Shown: positions 24,700 through 38,123 of the stretch, one piece after another
Numbering within the stretch: the first letter of the stretch is position 1
Layout: the number at the start of each line of letters is the position of its first letter
Assembly (NCBI RefSeq): GCF_964213995.1
Contig: NW_027590123.1
Location: forward strand, 806,001 to 870,000
Source of the DNA: Mustelus asterias
Taxonomy: Eukaryota
Reading direction: 5' to 3'
Length of the DNA stretch: 64,000 bases
Translations under genes and position numbers: made by a program
The notes under the pieces: generated by a model
The model's database searches: none
What the model was told of the DNA's origin: nothing
What the model saw: the letters and a program-made list of their open reading frames with translations, nothing else

Positions 24700-26745
24700 T
24701 GTACACACTCCAGAAGTTGTTTATTCCTGTTTCGCGCAAGAGTGGTAAGGGAATTGTGGCCAAGCCATGGCTTACAAGGGAAATTAGAGGTCGTATCAGA
24801 TTCAAGGAAGAAGCTTACAAATCGGCAAGAAAAAGCAATAGATCCGAGGATTGGGAGCAGCTTAAAATTCAGCAAAGGAGGACCAAGGGATTGATTAAGA
24901 AGGGAAAAATGGAGTATGAAAGTAAGGTAGCAGGGAACATAAAAACTGACTGTAAAAGTTTCTATAGATATGTAAAAGATTAACAAAAACAAATGTTAAA
25001 AATGGGAGAATTCATAACGGGGAATAAAGAAATGGCTGAGGGATTAAATTTGTACTTTGCTTCAGTCTTCACAAAGGAAGACGTGAATAATGTGCCAGAA
25101 GTGCTGAGAGAAAGATGTTTTAGTCAGGGGCTGAAGGAAATCAGCATTAGTAGAGACATAGTTTTGGGGAAATTGATGGGATTGAAGGTGGATAAATCTC
25201 CAGGTCCAGATAATCTTCATCCCAGAGTACTTAAGGAAGTGGCCCTGGAAATAGTAAATCCATTGGTGGTTATTTTCCAAAATTCTTTGGACGCTGGAAT
25301 AGTTCCTACAGATTGGAGGGTAGCTAGTGTAAGCCCACTATTCAAAAAGGGTGGGAGAGAGAAAACAGGGAACTATAGACCAGTGAGCCTAACATTGGTA
25401 CTGGGGAAGTTGCTGGTGCCTATTATCAAAGATTTCACAACTCAGAATTTGGAAGACAGTGGTATAATCAGACAAAGACAGCATGAATTTACAAAAAGGA
25501 AATCATGTTTGATGAATCTATTGGAATTTTATGAGGATCTAAGTAGTTGAGTTGGCCGAAGAGAACCAGTGGATGTGGTTTATTTAGACTTTCAGAAGGC
25601 TTTCGACAAGGTCTCACATAACAGACTACTATGTAAAGTTAAAGCACGTAGGATTGCTGGTAATGTCTTGAGATGGATAGAAAGCTGGTTAGCAGATAGG
25701 AAGCGAAGAGTTGGCATAAATGAGTCTTTTTCTGATTGGCAGTCAGTAACTAATGGGGTTCGGCAGGGATCTGTGCGAGGACCCCAACTATTCACATTAT
25801 ATATTAATGATTTGGAAGAGGAAACTGAATGTATTATTTCCAAATTTGCAGATAATACAAAGTTGGGTGGGAGGGTGAGCTGTGAGGAGGCTGCAGAGAT
25901 GCTTTAGCGTGATTTGGACAGGCTGAGTGTGTGGGCATCAGCATTGCAGATGCAGTATAATGTGGATAAATGTGAGATTATCCACTTTGGTAGCAATAAT
26001 AGGAAGACAGATTATTACTTGAATAGGTGTAAATTGAGGGAGGTGTATACTCAACAAGATGTTGGATTCCTCGTGGATCAGTCGTTGAAAGTAAGTGCGT
26101 AGGTACAGTAGGCAGTAAAGAAGGCAAATGATATGTAGGCCTTCATAGCAAGAGGATTTGAGTATTGGGATAGGGATGTTTTGCTGCAGTTGTATAGGGC
26201 GTTGGTGAGGCCACACCTGGAGTATTGTGTACAGTTTTGGTGTCCTTATCTGAGGAAGGATGTCCTTGTTATAGAGGGAGTGCAGCGAAGGTTTACCAGG
26301 CTGATTCCTGGGATGGCAAGTCTGTCATATGAGGAGAAACTAAATTGGTTAAGATTATATTCACTGGAGTTTGGAAGAGAGAGAGGGGATCTCATAGAAA
26401 CTTATAAAATTGTAACAGGGTTAGACAGGGTAGATACAGAAAGAATGTTCCCAATGGTGGGGGGAGTCCAGAACTCGGGGTCATAGTTTGAGGATAAGGG
26501 GTAAACCTTTTAGAACTGAGGTGAGGAGAAATTTCTTCACCCAGAGGGTGGTGAATGTGTGGAATTCACTACCACAGAAAGTAGTTAAGGCCACAGAATA
26601 TAGATCAAGGGAATGGGGGAACGGGAGTGGGGTGGGCGGGGGGGATTAGGATATTGAATTTGATGATCAACCATGACCATAATGAATGGCGGAGCAAGCT
26701 CGAAGGGCTGAATGACCTACCCCCACTTCTAGATTCTATGTTTCA
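24700..26745 (+). mobile_element. CR1 LINE, 5'-truncated, multiple stops
   Basis: KSPGPD, NYRPVSL, DFQKAFDKV and FADNTK motifs; 3' UTR. Confidence 0.92.
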
Positions 26746-27182
26746 GTGAGAGAAGTTGCCTGAAGCGGTGGCAAAGAATTTGGTTACACTTCAGCCCCAG
26801 GCTCCTCATGTTTACATAGAAACATACTAGAAAATAGAAGTGGGGAGTAGGCCATTCGGCCCTTCGAGCCTGCTCCGCCGTTCATTATGGTCATCAAATT
26901 CAATATCGTAATCCCACCTCCCCCTCACCCCCACCCCCCGTATCTCTTGATCCCCAAGAAATGTATCTAATTCCTTATTGAAATCAGACTCTACTTCTAC
27001 TTTTGAGGAAGGGAGTTCCAAAGATTCAAGACTCTCTGAGTGAAAAAAAATCTCCTCATCTCTGTCTTCAATGGGCAACACTTTTTTATGATGTGGAGAT
27101 GCCGGCGTTGGACTGGGGTGAACAGGGTAAGAAGCCTCACAACACCAGGTTAAAGTCCAACAGGTTTATTTGGTAGCAAATA

Positions 27183-27219
27183 CCATTAGCTTTCGGAGCG
27201 CTGCTCCTTCGTCAGATGG
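27183..27219 (-). ncRNA. Minimal hammerhead ribozyme (inverted copy)
   Basis: CCAU-CUGACGA-A-GGAGC/GCUCC-GAAA-GCUA-AUGG. Confidence 0.72.
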
Positions 27220-27611
27220 AGTGGAAATGTGCTCTCAAACAGGGCACAGAGACACAAAATCAAGTTACAGAATACTGATTAGAATGCGAATCCCTACAGC
27301 CAGCCAGGTCTTAAAGATACAGACAATGTGGGTGGAGGGAGCATTAAGCACAGGTTCAAGAGATGTGTATTGTCTCCAGACAGGACAGCCTGCAAGTCCA
27401 GGAAGCAAGCTGTGGGGGTTACTGATAATGTGACATAAATCCAACATTCCGGTTTAGGCCGTCCTCATGTGTGTGGAACTTGGCTATCAGTTTCTGCTCA
27501 GCGACTCTGCGCTGTCGTGTGTCGTGAAGGCCGCCTTGGAGAACGCTTACCTGAAGATCCGAGGCTGAATGCCCGTGACTGCTGTGCACTGTTTGAGAGC
27601 AGATTTCCACT

Positions 27612-27648
27612 CCATCTGACGAAGGAGCAGCGCTCCGAAAGCTTATGG
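27612..27648 (+). ncRNA. Minimal hammerhead ribozyme
   Basis: CCAU-CUGACGA-A-GGAGC/GCUCC-GAAA-GCUU-AUGG. Confidence 0.72.
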
Positions 27649-28319
27649 TATTTGCTACCAAATAAACCTGTTGGACTTTAACCTGGTGTTGTTACAACAC
27701 TTTTTTAAACAGTGACCCCGAGATTCTCCCATAAGAGTAAACATCCTCTCCACATCCAAGACCTTTCAGAATCTTGAAGGTTTAAATTAAGTTGCCTCTT
27801 ACTCTTTTAAACTCGAGCAGAAGCTAAACTTGAGCAGAGACAGTCTCTGGTGTTATTATATGGGACAGATTTACTTCTGGTCCTGTAATAAATGCATTTA
27901 TTATTTCCAGTCTTGTAATATAGTCCTGTAGCTACGTTATATATTTCCAGTCATAGAGTCATTCCAGCACAGAAAGAGTCCATTGGATAACTCGAGTCCA
28001 TACCGACTCTCACAGTAATTTCATAGTTTGTCATGATTTTCACAGTGACTTCATTGCAGTGTTAATGTCAGCATCCTTGTGACACTAATTAATAAATTAT
28101 CAAAAATAAACTATAAACTGTCTGTCGAGCAATTCTGTCCGTCTGGAGTGGGTCCCATTCTGTAACCCTGCAGCACACATCCAATCTCATTTAGAAATTA
28201 TTGATCATCTCTGCTTGACTACCCCCACAGGCAGCAAGTTCAAGATCATCATCAATCGCAACCCCCTGTATCTTCACCAACTGGAGCCATCCTATCCATT
28301 AAATATATTTTTAGTTCAA

Positions 28320-29178
28320 TCATAGCAGAGATATTTGTATCATCGATAGTCACAGGTGAGGTGCCTGAAGATTGGAGGGTGGCAAATGTTGTGCCTTTGT
28401 TTAAAAAGTGCTGCAGGGAAAAGCCTGGGAACTATAGGCCGGTGAGCCTCACATCTATGGTGGGTAAGTTGTTGGAAGGTATTTTGAGAGACAGGATCTA
28501 CAGGCATTTAGAGATGCAAGTACTGATTAGGGACAGTCAGCATGGCTTTGTGAGTGGTGAAGAAGGCATTCGGCATGCTTGATTTCAGTGGTCAGAACAT
28601 TGAATACAGGAGTTGGGACGTCTTGTTGAAGCTGGACAAGACATTGGTAAGGCCACACTTGGAATGCTGTGTACAGTTCTGGTCACCCTATTATAGAAAT
28701 GATATTATTAAACTAGAAAGAGTGCAGAAAAGAATTATTAGGATGCTACCGGGACTTGATGGTTTGAGTTATAAGGCTGGATAGACTGGGACTTTTTTGT
28801 CTGGAGCATAGGAGGCTGAGGGGTGATCTTATAGAGGTCTATAAAATAATGAGGGGCACAGATCAGCTCGATAGTCAATATCTTTTCCCAAAGTAGGGGA
28901 GTCTAAAACTAGAGGGCATAAGTTTAAGGTGAGAGGGGCAATTTTTTCACACAGAGGGTGATGAGTGTCTGGAACAAGCTGCCAGAGATAGTAGTGGAGG
29001 CGGGTACAATTTTGACTTTTAAAAAGCATTTAGACAGTTACATGGGTAAGATGGGTTTAGAGGGATATGGGCCAAATGCGGGCAATTGGGACTAGCTTAA
29101 GGGTTTAAGAAAAAAGGCGGCATGGACAAATTGGGCCGAAGGGCCTGTTTCCATGCTGTAAACCTCTGTGACTCTATA
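28320..29178 (+). mobile_element. CR1 fragment (element-A subfamily) with large internal deletion
   Basis: PEDWRVANV..QHGFVS joined directly to VKKAFGML at ~28555. Confidence 0.88.
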
Positions 29179-29821
29179 GAGACTGTCTGGCAGCCTGCAT
29201 GGAGATTTCCAGCTCTCTGTGTCCAGGACAGGAAGCAGTGAGCATGGACCTGTCAATCAGCCTCAATCAGCACCTTCAGGAGAATTGGGAGGGTGAATAT
29301 TAGATACAGCAGAGTGAGAATGGAGGGAGAGTGTGTGGGATGGAGATTCACAGCTTTTGGGGAATGAGAGAGGAAAGAATGTTCCATAGAAACTAGAATT
29401 GTCTGTTCTGAATTTCTATCCTGTATTGACTGTGATGACTTTTGTAAATTGTTTTTACAGGCTATCAGAAGGTGAGGATTTACAGACAGAAATCTTAAAC
29501 CAAACATCATGTCAACATCTGACAGAGTCACTCAATTCAACGGGACCTGAATATCATCGGCCTTTGAATCGAGAAGGAGAAATGTTTTTCTGTTCTGTCT
29601 GCTTCAGGAGATTTTAAATATCAGTGTGACTGGAAAGCACCGAATCTCACAAACACCAGAGTGAGAGTGTTCCAGTGCACTGCGTGTGGAAAACACTTCA
29701 GTTGCACAGCCTGAAAAAACATCGCAGCATTCACAGCGGGGAGAGACTGTACCCGTGTTCTGTGTATGGATGAGGGTTCAACTGATTGTCCGACCTGGAG
29801 AGTCACAAGGACACCTGCACC

Positions 29822-30412
29822 ATGGAGAAACGGTGGAAATGTGGGGACTGTGGGAAGGGATTTAGATACCCTTCTCACCTGGAAACCCATCGACGCAGCC
29901 ACACTGGGGAGAGACCGTTCACCTGTTCTCAGTGTGGGAATGGATTCAGTCGATTATCCACTCTGCAGACACATCAGAGAGTTCACAATGAGGAAAGGCC
30001 ATTCATCTGCTTTCATTGTGGGAAGAGATTCACTCAGTCATCCGCCCTGCAGACACACCAGCGAGTTCACAATGAGGAGAGACCATTCATCTGCTCTCAG
30101 TGTGGGAAAGGATTCACTCAGTCATCCAGCCTGCAGACACACCAGCGAGTTCACACTAGGGAGAGGCCGTTCACCTGCTCTCAATGCGGGAATGGGTTCA
30201 CTCAGTTATCCCATCTGAAGACACACCAACGGTTTCACACTGGGGAGAGACCATTCACCTGCCCTCAGTGCAAGAAGGGATTTGCTCAGTTATCTACTCT
30301 TCAGACACACCAGCGAGTTCACACCAAGGAGAGACCATTCTCCTGCTCTCAGTGTGGGAAAGGATTCACTCAGTTATCCAACCTGCGGAGACACCAGCGA
30401 ATTCACAAGTGA
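29822..30412 (+). CDS. C2H2 zinc-finger protein ZNF-4, 7 intact tandem fingers (196 aa from ATG 29822)
   Basis: Uninterrupted CxxC..HxxxH x7 with TGERPF-type linkers; exon acceptor at 29460; upstream fingers degenerate. Confidence 0.8.
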   Translation: MEKRWKCGDCGKGFRYPSHLETHRRSHTGERPFTCSQCGNGFSRLSTLQTHQRVHNEERPFICFHCGKRFTQSSALQTHQRVHNEERPFICSQCGKGFTQSSSLQTHQRVHTRERPFTCSQCGNGFTQLSHLKTHQRFHTGERPFTCPQCKKGFAQLSTLQTHQRVHTKERPFSCSQCGKGFTQLSNLRRHQRIHK

Positions 30413-31200
30413 TTCCAGGAGTTGGATTCTGCTGTTATTGTTTCTGCTCTCAATTACATCCAGGACTGCATTTTGTTCATTCTCACAGTTGGTCACTGGG
30501 GAGAATTGGAGGCTCTCTTTCTGCTGGACTGGCCGGTCTCACCACTTTGCCTCCAGTGGGCTGATAATCTTTTAACCTTGTTTTGAATATCTGGCTTTGG
30601 ATTTCTCAAGGATCACAGAGTGAAAGGGTGTTTGGAAGTTCAAAGATATTTTGTTCACAATACTATTTGGAAGGCGCACAAAGCATGCAGAGGGAGTAGT
30701 GAGCCTGCGGAACTGAAAGAGATTAGTATTAGTGAAAAAGTAGCACTGGGAAAATGAATGGGGTTGGAAGTGAATAAATCCCCAAAAAGCTGCTGATCTA
30801 CATCCCAGAGTGTTGGAAGAGGTGGCTGTGGAGATAGTGGATACATTGGTGGTCATCTTTCCAAATTCTATAGATTCCACAGGACCAGGCTGAGGAGAAG
30901 GCAGTTGGTGTGTTCACTACATTTATTTATTTATTTTAAGTTAAATTTGTGTAAAAAAATCGGAGGTTTTTTTTAAAACAGGAAGTGGGCCCAGCAGGAG
31001 TCTGGGAAGGTTTTTGGAGGGTTTAAAAGTAGGCCGCACTTTTGAGCGGGCAGCGTCGTTAGCGGGCAGCAGAGTGAGCAGGAGGCAGAGTGAATGCTGT
31101 AGGGCTTTGGCTCACAGGGCTTAGGCAGAAAGGGCGAGCAGGGGTGAGTTAATTCATTTTTTGCTGTTTCTACCTGGTACTGGCAAGGTATCTAGAGGGG

Positions 31201-32127
31201 ATGGGTGTGAAGGCAGTGCAATGTTCCTCTTGCACTATGTTCGAGGTGAGGGACGACGTCAGTGTCCCTGCTGATTATACCTGTGAGAAGTGCATCCATC
31301 TGCAGCTCCTCCAAAACCGTGTAAGGGAACTGGAGCTGGAGTTGGAGGAACTTAGGATCATTAGGGATGCAGAGATGGCCATAGACAGAAGCTTCAGGGA
31401 TACAGTTACTCCGAGGAATGAAAATAGATGGGTGACGGTGAGAGGGGCTGGGAAGAAGCAGTCGGTGCAGGGATCCCCTGTGGTCGTTCCCCTTAGCAAG
31501 AAGTATTCCGCTTTGGATACGGTTGAGGGGGACGACATACCAGTGGTGAGCCGCAGTGAGAGGATCTCCGGCACTGAGTCCGTCCCTGTGGCTCAGGAGG
31601 GTAAGGAGGAGAGCGGGAGGGCAATAGTTATTGGGGACTCATTAGTTAGAGGGATAGATAGGAGGTTCTGTGGCAGCAAAAGAGACTCGAGGATGGTTTG
31701 TTGCCTAGCGGATGGCAGGGTCCGTGACGTCTCGGACCGTGTTTTCCGGATTCTTAAGGGGGAGGGGAAACAGTCACAAGTCGTGGTACACATTGGTACC
31801 AACGACATAGGTAAGAGAAGGGACGGGGATTTAAAACAGGAATTTCGGGAGCTGGGCTGGAAGCTGAGAGCAAAGACAAAACATGTGGTCATCTCTGGTA
31901 CGCTACCGGTGCCACGTGATAGCGAGTTGAGGAACAAGGAGAGAGTGCAGTTAAACATGTGGTTGCAGGGATGGTGCAGGAGGGAGGGTTTCAGATACGT
32001 GGATAATTGGAACACGTTCTGGGGAAGGTGGGACCTCTACAAACAGGACGGGGTGCACCTGAGCCAGAGGGGCACCAATATCCTGGGAGGGAAATTTGCT
32101 ACGGCTCTTCAGGGGGATTTAAACTAA
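31201..32127 (+). CDS. CR1 ORF1 (intact, esterase-like)
   Basis: 308 aa, near-identical to 20534-21460. Confidence 0.9.
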   Translation: MGVKAVQCSSCTMFEVRDDVSVPADYTCEKCIHLQLLQNRVRELELELEELRIIRDAEMAIDRSFRDTVTPRNENRWVTVRGAGKKQSVQGSPVVVPLSKKYSALDTVEGDDIPVVSRSERISGTESVPVAQEGKEESGRAIVIGDSLVRGIDRRFCGSKRDSRMVCCLADGRVRDVSDRVFRILKGEGKQSQVVVHIGTNDIGKRRDGDLKQEFRELGWKLRAKTKHVVISGTLPVPRDSELRNKERVQLNMWLQGWCRREGFRYVDNWNTFWGRWDLYKQDGVHLSQRGTNILGGKFATALQGDLN

Positions 32128-34821
32128 TTTGTCAGGGGAGTGGGAAAAGGAGTTGTAGTCCGGAAGTCAGTGTTGAGGGTGGTGAGATATTGGGGAAGGT
32201 ATCAAGGTCAAGGGTGGGTACCGGTAGACAGGAAGATGGGTTGAAGTGTGTCTACTTCAATGCAAGGAGCATCCAGAACAAGGTGGATGAACTTGGGGCG
32301 TGGATTGCTACTTGGGACTACGATGTTGTGGCCATTACGGAGACATGGGTAGAACAAGGACAGGAATGGTTGTTGGACGTTCCGGGGTATAGATGTTTCA
32401 GTAAGTGTAGGGAAGCTGGTAAAAGAGGTGGAGGAGTAGCATTGTTAATCAAGGATAGTTTAACGGCTGCGGAAAAGCACTTTGAGGGGGATATGCACAC
32501 TGAGGTAATATGGGCTGCAGTTAGAAACAGGAAAGGAGCGGTCACGTTGCTAGGAGTTTACTATAGGCCCCCAAATAGTAATAGAGATGTGGAGGAAGAA
32601 ATTGCAAAGCAGATTATGGATGCGTGTGGGGGTCACAGGGTAGTTGTCATGGGGGACTTTAACTTTCCAAATATTGATTGGAACCTTTGTAGGTCAAATA
32701 GTTTGGATGGGGCACTTTTTGTGCAGTGTGTGCAGGAGGGTTTCCTGACACAATATGTGGATAGGCCGACAAGGGGTGAGGCCACATTGGATTTGGTACT
32801 GGGAAATGAACCGGGCCAAGTGTTAGATTTGGTTGTGGGAGAGAACTTTGGAGATAGTGACCACAATTCGGTGTCTTTTGTTATTGCAATGGAGAGGGAT
32901 AGGGCCGGACGGCAGGGCAAGGCTTACAATTGGGGGAGAGGTAATTATGATGCGATTAGGCAAGAATTAGGGGGCATAAGATGGGAACAGAAACTGTCAG
33001 GGAAAGGCACTGATGAAAAGTGGAACTTTTTCAAGGAACAAATACTGGGTGTCCTTGATAGGTATGTCCCTGTCAGGCAGGGAGGAAATGGCCAAGTGAG
33101 GGAACCGTGGTTCACAAAAGAGGTGGAATGTCTTGTGAAAAGGAAGAGGGAAGCTTATGTAGGGATGAGGAAACAAGGTTCAGATGGCTCGATTGAGGGT
33201 TACAAGTTAGCAAGGAATGAGCTGAAAAAGGGGCTGAGGAGAGCTAGGAGGGGACATGAGAAGTCCTTGGCGGGTCGGATCAAGCAAAACCCCAAGGCTT
33301 TTTACTCTTATGTGAGGAATAAAAGAATGACCAGGGTGAGGTTAGGGCCGGTCAAGGACAGTGGTGGGAACTTGTGTATGGAATCAGTAGAGATAGGCGA
33401 GGTGATGAATGAATACTTTTCTTCAGTGTTCACCAAGGAGAGGGGCCATGTTTTTCAGGAAGAGAAGGTGTTACAGGCTAATAGGCTGGAGGAAATAGAT
33501 GTTCGGAGGGAGGATGTATTGGCAGTTTTGAATAAACTGAAGGTCGATAAGTCCCCTGGGCCTGATGAAATGTATCCTAGGATTCTTTGGGAGGCGAGGG
33601 ATGAGATTGCAGAGCCTTTGGCTTTGATCTTTGGGTCCTCGCTGTCCACGGGGATGGTGCCAGAGGACTGGAGAGTGGCAAATGTTGTTCCTCTGTTTAA
33701 GAAAGGGAATAGAAATGACCCTGGTAATTATAGACCGGTTAGTCTGACTTCGGTGGTTGGTAAATTGATGGAAAAGGTCCTTAGGGATGGGATTTACGAC
33801 CATTTAGAAAGATGCAGATTAATTCGGGATAGTCAGCACGGATTTGTGAAGGGCAAATCGTGCCTCACAAATTTGATAGAATTTTTTGAGGAGGTAACTA
33901 GGTGTGTTGATGAAGGTAGGGCAGTTGATGTCATATACATGGATTTTAGTAAGGCGTTTGATAAGGTCCCCCATGGTCGGCTTATGATGAAAGTAAGGAG
34001 GTGTGGGATAGAGGGAAAGTTGGCCGATTGGATAGGTAACTGGCTATCTGATCGAAGACAGAGGGTGGTGGTGGATGGAAAATTTTCGGACTGGAGGCAG
34101 GTTGCTAGCGGAGTGCCGCAGGGATCGGTGCTTGGTCCTCTGCTCTTTGTGATTTTTATTAATGACTAAGAGGAGGGGGCTGAAGGGTGGATCAGTAAAT
34201 TTGCTGATGACACCAAGATTGGTGGAGTAGTGGATGAGTTGGAGGGCTGTTGTAGGCTGCAAAGAGACATAGATAGGATGCAAAGCTGGGCTGAAAAATG
34301 GCAAATGGAGTTTAACCCTGATAAATGTGAGGTGATTCATTTTGGTAGGACTAATTTAAATGTGGATTACAGGGTCAAAGGTAGGGTTCTGAAGACTGTG
34401 GAGGAACAGAGAGATCTTGGGGTCCATATCCACAGATCTCTAAAGGTTGCCACTCAAGTGGATAGAGCTGTGAAGAAGGCCTATAGTGTGTTAGCTTTTA
34501 TTAACAGGGGGTTGGAGTTTAAGAGCCGTGGGGTTATGCTGCAACTGTACAGGACCTTGGTGAGACCGCATTTGGAATATTGCGTGCAGTTCTGGTCACC
34601 TCACTATAAGAAGGATGTGGAAGCGCTGGAAAGAGTGCAGAGGAGATTTACCAGGATGCTGCCTGGTTTGGAGTGTCGGTCTTATGAGGAAAGGTTGAGG
34701 GAGCTGGGGCTGTTCTCTCTGGAGCGGAGGAGATTGAGGGGTGACTTAATAGAGGTTTATAAAATGATGAAGGGGATAGATCGAGTGAACGTTCAAAGAC
34801 TATTTCCTCGGGTGGATGGAG

Positions 34822-36000
34822 GCCAAAAGGCCTTTGACAAGGTGCCTCACGGGAGACTGCTGAGTAAAATAAGGGCCCATGGTATTCGAGGCAAGGTACT
34901 AACATGGATTGACGATTGGTTGTCAGACAGAAGGCAGAGAGTTGGGATAAAAGGTTCTTTCTCAGAATGGCAACCGGTGACAAGTGGTGTCCCGCAGGGT
35001 TCAGTGTTGGGGCCACAGCTGTTCTCTTTATATATTAACGATCTAGATGACGGGACTGGGAGCATTCTGGCCAAGTTTGCCGATGATACAAAGATAGGTG
35101 GAGGGGCAGGTAGTATTGAGGAGGTGGGGAGGCTGCAGAAAGATTTAGACAGTTTAGGAGAGTGGTCCAAGAAGTGGCTGATGAAATTCAACGTGGGCAA
35201 GTGCGAGGTCGTACACTTTGGAAAAAAGAATAGAGGCATGGACTATTTTCTAAACGGTGACAAAATTCATAATGCTAAAGTGCAAAGGGACTTGGGAGTC
35301 CTAGTCCAGGATTCTCTAAAGGTAAACTTGCAGGTTGAGTCCGTAATTAAGAAAGCAAATGTAATGTTGTCATTTATCTCAAGAGGCTTGGAATACAAAA
35401 GCAGGGATGTACTTCTGAGGCTTTATAAAGCACTGGTTAGGCCCCATTTGGAGTACTGTGAGCAATTTTGGGCCCCACACCTCAGGAAGGACATACTGGC
35501 ACTGGAGCGGGTCCAGCGGAGATTCACACGGATGATCCCAGGAATGGTAGGCCTGACATACGATGAACGTCTGAGGATCGTGGGATTATATTCATTGGAG
35601 TTTAGGAGGTTGAGGGGAGATCTGATAGAAACTTACAAGATAATGAACGGCTTAGATAGGATGGACGTAGGGAAGTTGTTTCCATTAACAGGGGAGACTA
35701 GGACGCGGGGGCACAGCCTTAGAATAAAAGGGAGTCACTTTAGAACAGAGATGAGGAGAAATTTCTTCAGCCAGAGAGTGGTGGGTCTGTGGAATTCATT
35801 GCCACAGAGGGCTGTGGAGGCCGAGACGTTGAGCGTCTTCAAGACAGAAATTGATAAATTCTTGATTTCTCGAGGAATTAAGGGCTATGGGGAGAGAGCG
35901 GGTAAATGGAGTTGAAATCAACCATGATTGAATGGTGGAGTGGACTCGATGGGCCGAATGGCCTTACTTCCGCTCCTATGTCTTATGGTCTTATGGTCTT
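34822..36000 (+). mobile_element. 5'-truncated CR1 element E nested in D
   Basis: Starts at QKAFDKVPH, ends in a (CTTATGGT)n tail; host sequence GATGGAG|ATTACAAGG is rejoinable. Confidence 0.9.
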
Positions 36001-37734
36001 ATTACAAGGGGGCATAACTATAGGGTTCATGGTGGGAGATATAGGAAGGATATCAGAGGTAGGTTCTTCACGCAGAGAGTGGTTGGGGTGTGGAATGGAC
36101 TGCCTGCAGTGATAGTGGAGTCAGACACTTTAGGAACATTTAAGCGGTTATTGGATAGGCACATGGAGCACACCAGGATGGTAGGGAGTGGGATAGCTTG
36201 ATCTTGGTTTCAGATGAAGGTCGGCACAACATCGTGGGCCGAAGGGCCTGTTCTGTGCTGTAATGTTCTATGTTCTATGGAATGGTTGCTGCAGATTGGA
36301 AGGTGGTAAATGTAACCCCACTGTTTAAGGAGGGAGAGAGAAAACGGGGAACCACAGACCCATCAGCCTGACATCAGCCGGAGGGAAAATGCTACAATCT
36401 ATTGTACAGGATGTGATAACAGATGAATATGCATATTCAGAACAGGGGTACGTCCCTCACACCTGCTCCACCATTCAATACATACACAGCTGATCTGATT
36501 GTAACCTCAACTTCACATTCCCGTTGACCCCCCCAATGAGCTTCAGACTAAAACTCCCTCCTCTGTGTAACATCTGGGAGGAAATCAATGTTTCCCCCTT
36601 TCCATTTCTTTTCTCATTCTGGGGGAAATTGGGGCCTTGCAGCAACTGAAGGGAAAGGAAGTGAATCCAGGGAGGCTGCAGACTCTGGAAAGGTTTGCCC
36701 CAGGTCTCTCTCGACTCTGGAAAGGTTGGCCCAGGTCTCCTTCTCTACCTCTTAAAGACACTGACATAATTTCCTCTCTCAACTTGACACATTTATTTGT
36801 CTGGCTAAAAGGATGGTCTCTTTTCGAATGTTCACGGGCTGGTTTCCCCAGGAGATAGAAACCTGCTCGACCATCCATTATGATCATGGCCGATCATCAA
36901 ATTCAATATTCTGATCCCTCCCGCCCTCCCAATATCCTTTCAGCGCCGAGAACTCTATCTAATTTCTTCTTGAAATCACACAATGTCTTGGCTTCAGCTA
37001 CTTTCTGTGGGAGTGAATTCCACACATTCACCATTCTCTGGGTGAAGAAATTTCTCACTTCAGTCCTGAAAGGTTGACCCCTTATCCTCAACTCCCCCAC
37101 CGTCAGGAACATCGAGAGATGGCTGACATTTAAGGGGGACAGTAAATATAGGACAGACATCTGTCTAATGTTGTTACATGGTACATAATTGGTTCTGTAA
37201 CAAAATACATTTATTATTTCTAGTTTTGTAATATAGTACTTTAGCGACATTATATATTTCCATTATACATTCACAGCACAGGTGTCCATTCAGTAACTCG
37301 AGTCCATGCCGACTTTCTGTCGGACAATACAGTCAGTCCCACTACCCCTCTATAGCCCTGTTCCCCTGCAAGTTTATTTCCTTCAGATGCCCAACCCAAT
37401 TTATTTTAAATTATTCTTCTCCACTTCCACCACTGGTGTGATTTTCTGATTATACCCACTCGCTGTCTAAATAAAGTTCTTCCTCACACACCCCCTACTC
37501 TATCTCAAATTAAAAGATACAGCACTCTCGATCAAACATTTTCTGGACAGTTAATTGTGCATCTGAAGAGATATATGTACATTTACTGAATTAAAATGTT
37601 TGGGTGTCTGACTCCAGGACCTTGTATCGATAGATCAACATGACTCACTGATTCAGCAGAATTGAGAGGGTGAATATTAGACACATCAGAGTGCGAATGG
37701 AGTGTGTGGGACGGAGATTTACAGCTTTTGGGAT

Positions 37735-38030
37735 CTTTTTAATGTATTAGTGTCACAAGCCGGCTAACATTAACACTGCAATGAAGTTACTGTGAAAATC
37801 CCCGAGTCGCCACACTTGCGTACACTGGGTACACTGAGGGAGAATTTAGCATGACCAATCCACCTAACCCGCACGTCTTTTGGATTGTGGGAGGAAACTG
37901 GGGCACCCGAAGGAAACCCATGCAGACACGGGGAGAATGTGCAGGCTCTGCACAGACAGTGACCCATGCTGGGAATCAAACCCAGATCCCAAGTGCTGTG
38001 AGACAGCAATGCTAACCACTCTGCCAAACG
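37735..38030 (-). mobile_element. HE1-type SINE
   Basis: Same core as 757-1098; absent from the paralogous intron at ~29360. Confidence 0.8.
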
Positions 38031-38123
38031 AGTGGGGAAAAATGTTCCATAGAAACTAGAATTGTCTATTCTGAATTTCTATCTTGTACTGATAGTGAAG
38101 ACTTTTGTAAATTCCTTTTACAG

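Larger units (their letters stand above)
27089..27694 (-). mobile_element. Penelope-like element 3' fragment with inverted pLTR and 13-bp TSD, nested in a CR1 3' UTR (26816-27810)
   Basis: Penelope-type C-terminus RRVAEQKLIAKFHTHEDGLNR; ~112-bp inverted repeat; CAACACTTTTTTA at 27076-27088 and 27695-27707. Confidence 0.85.
30878..36279 (+). mobile_element. Full-length CR1 element D (same subfamily as C), containing element E and inserted in an older CR1 fragment (30670-36420)
   Basis: 5' UTR, ORF1 31201-32127, ORF2 stop at 34167-34169, resumes at 36001 after E; (TTCTATG)n tail. Confidence 0.95.
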
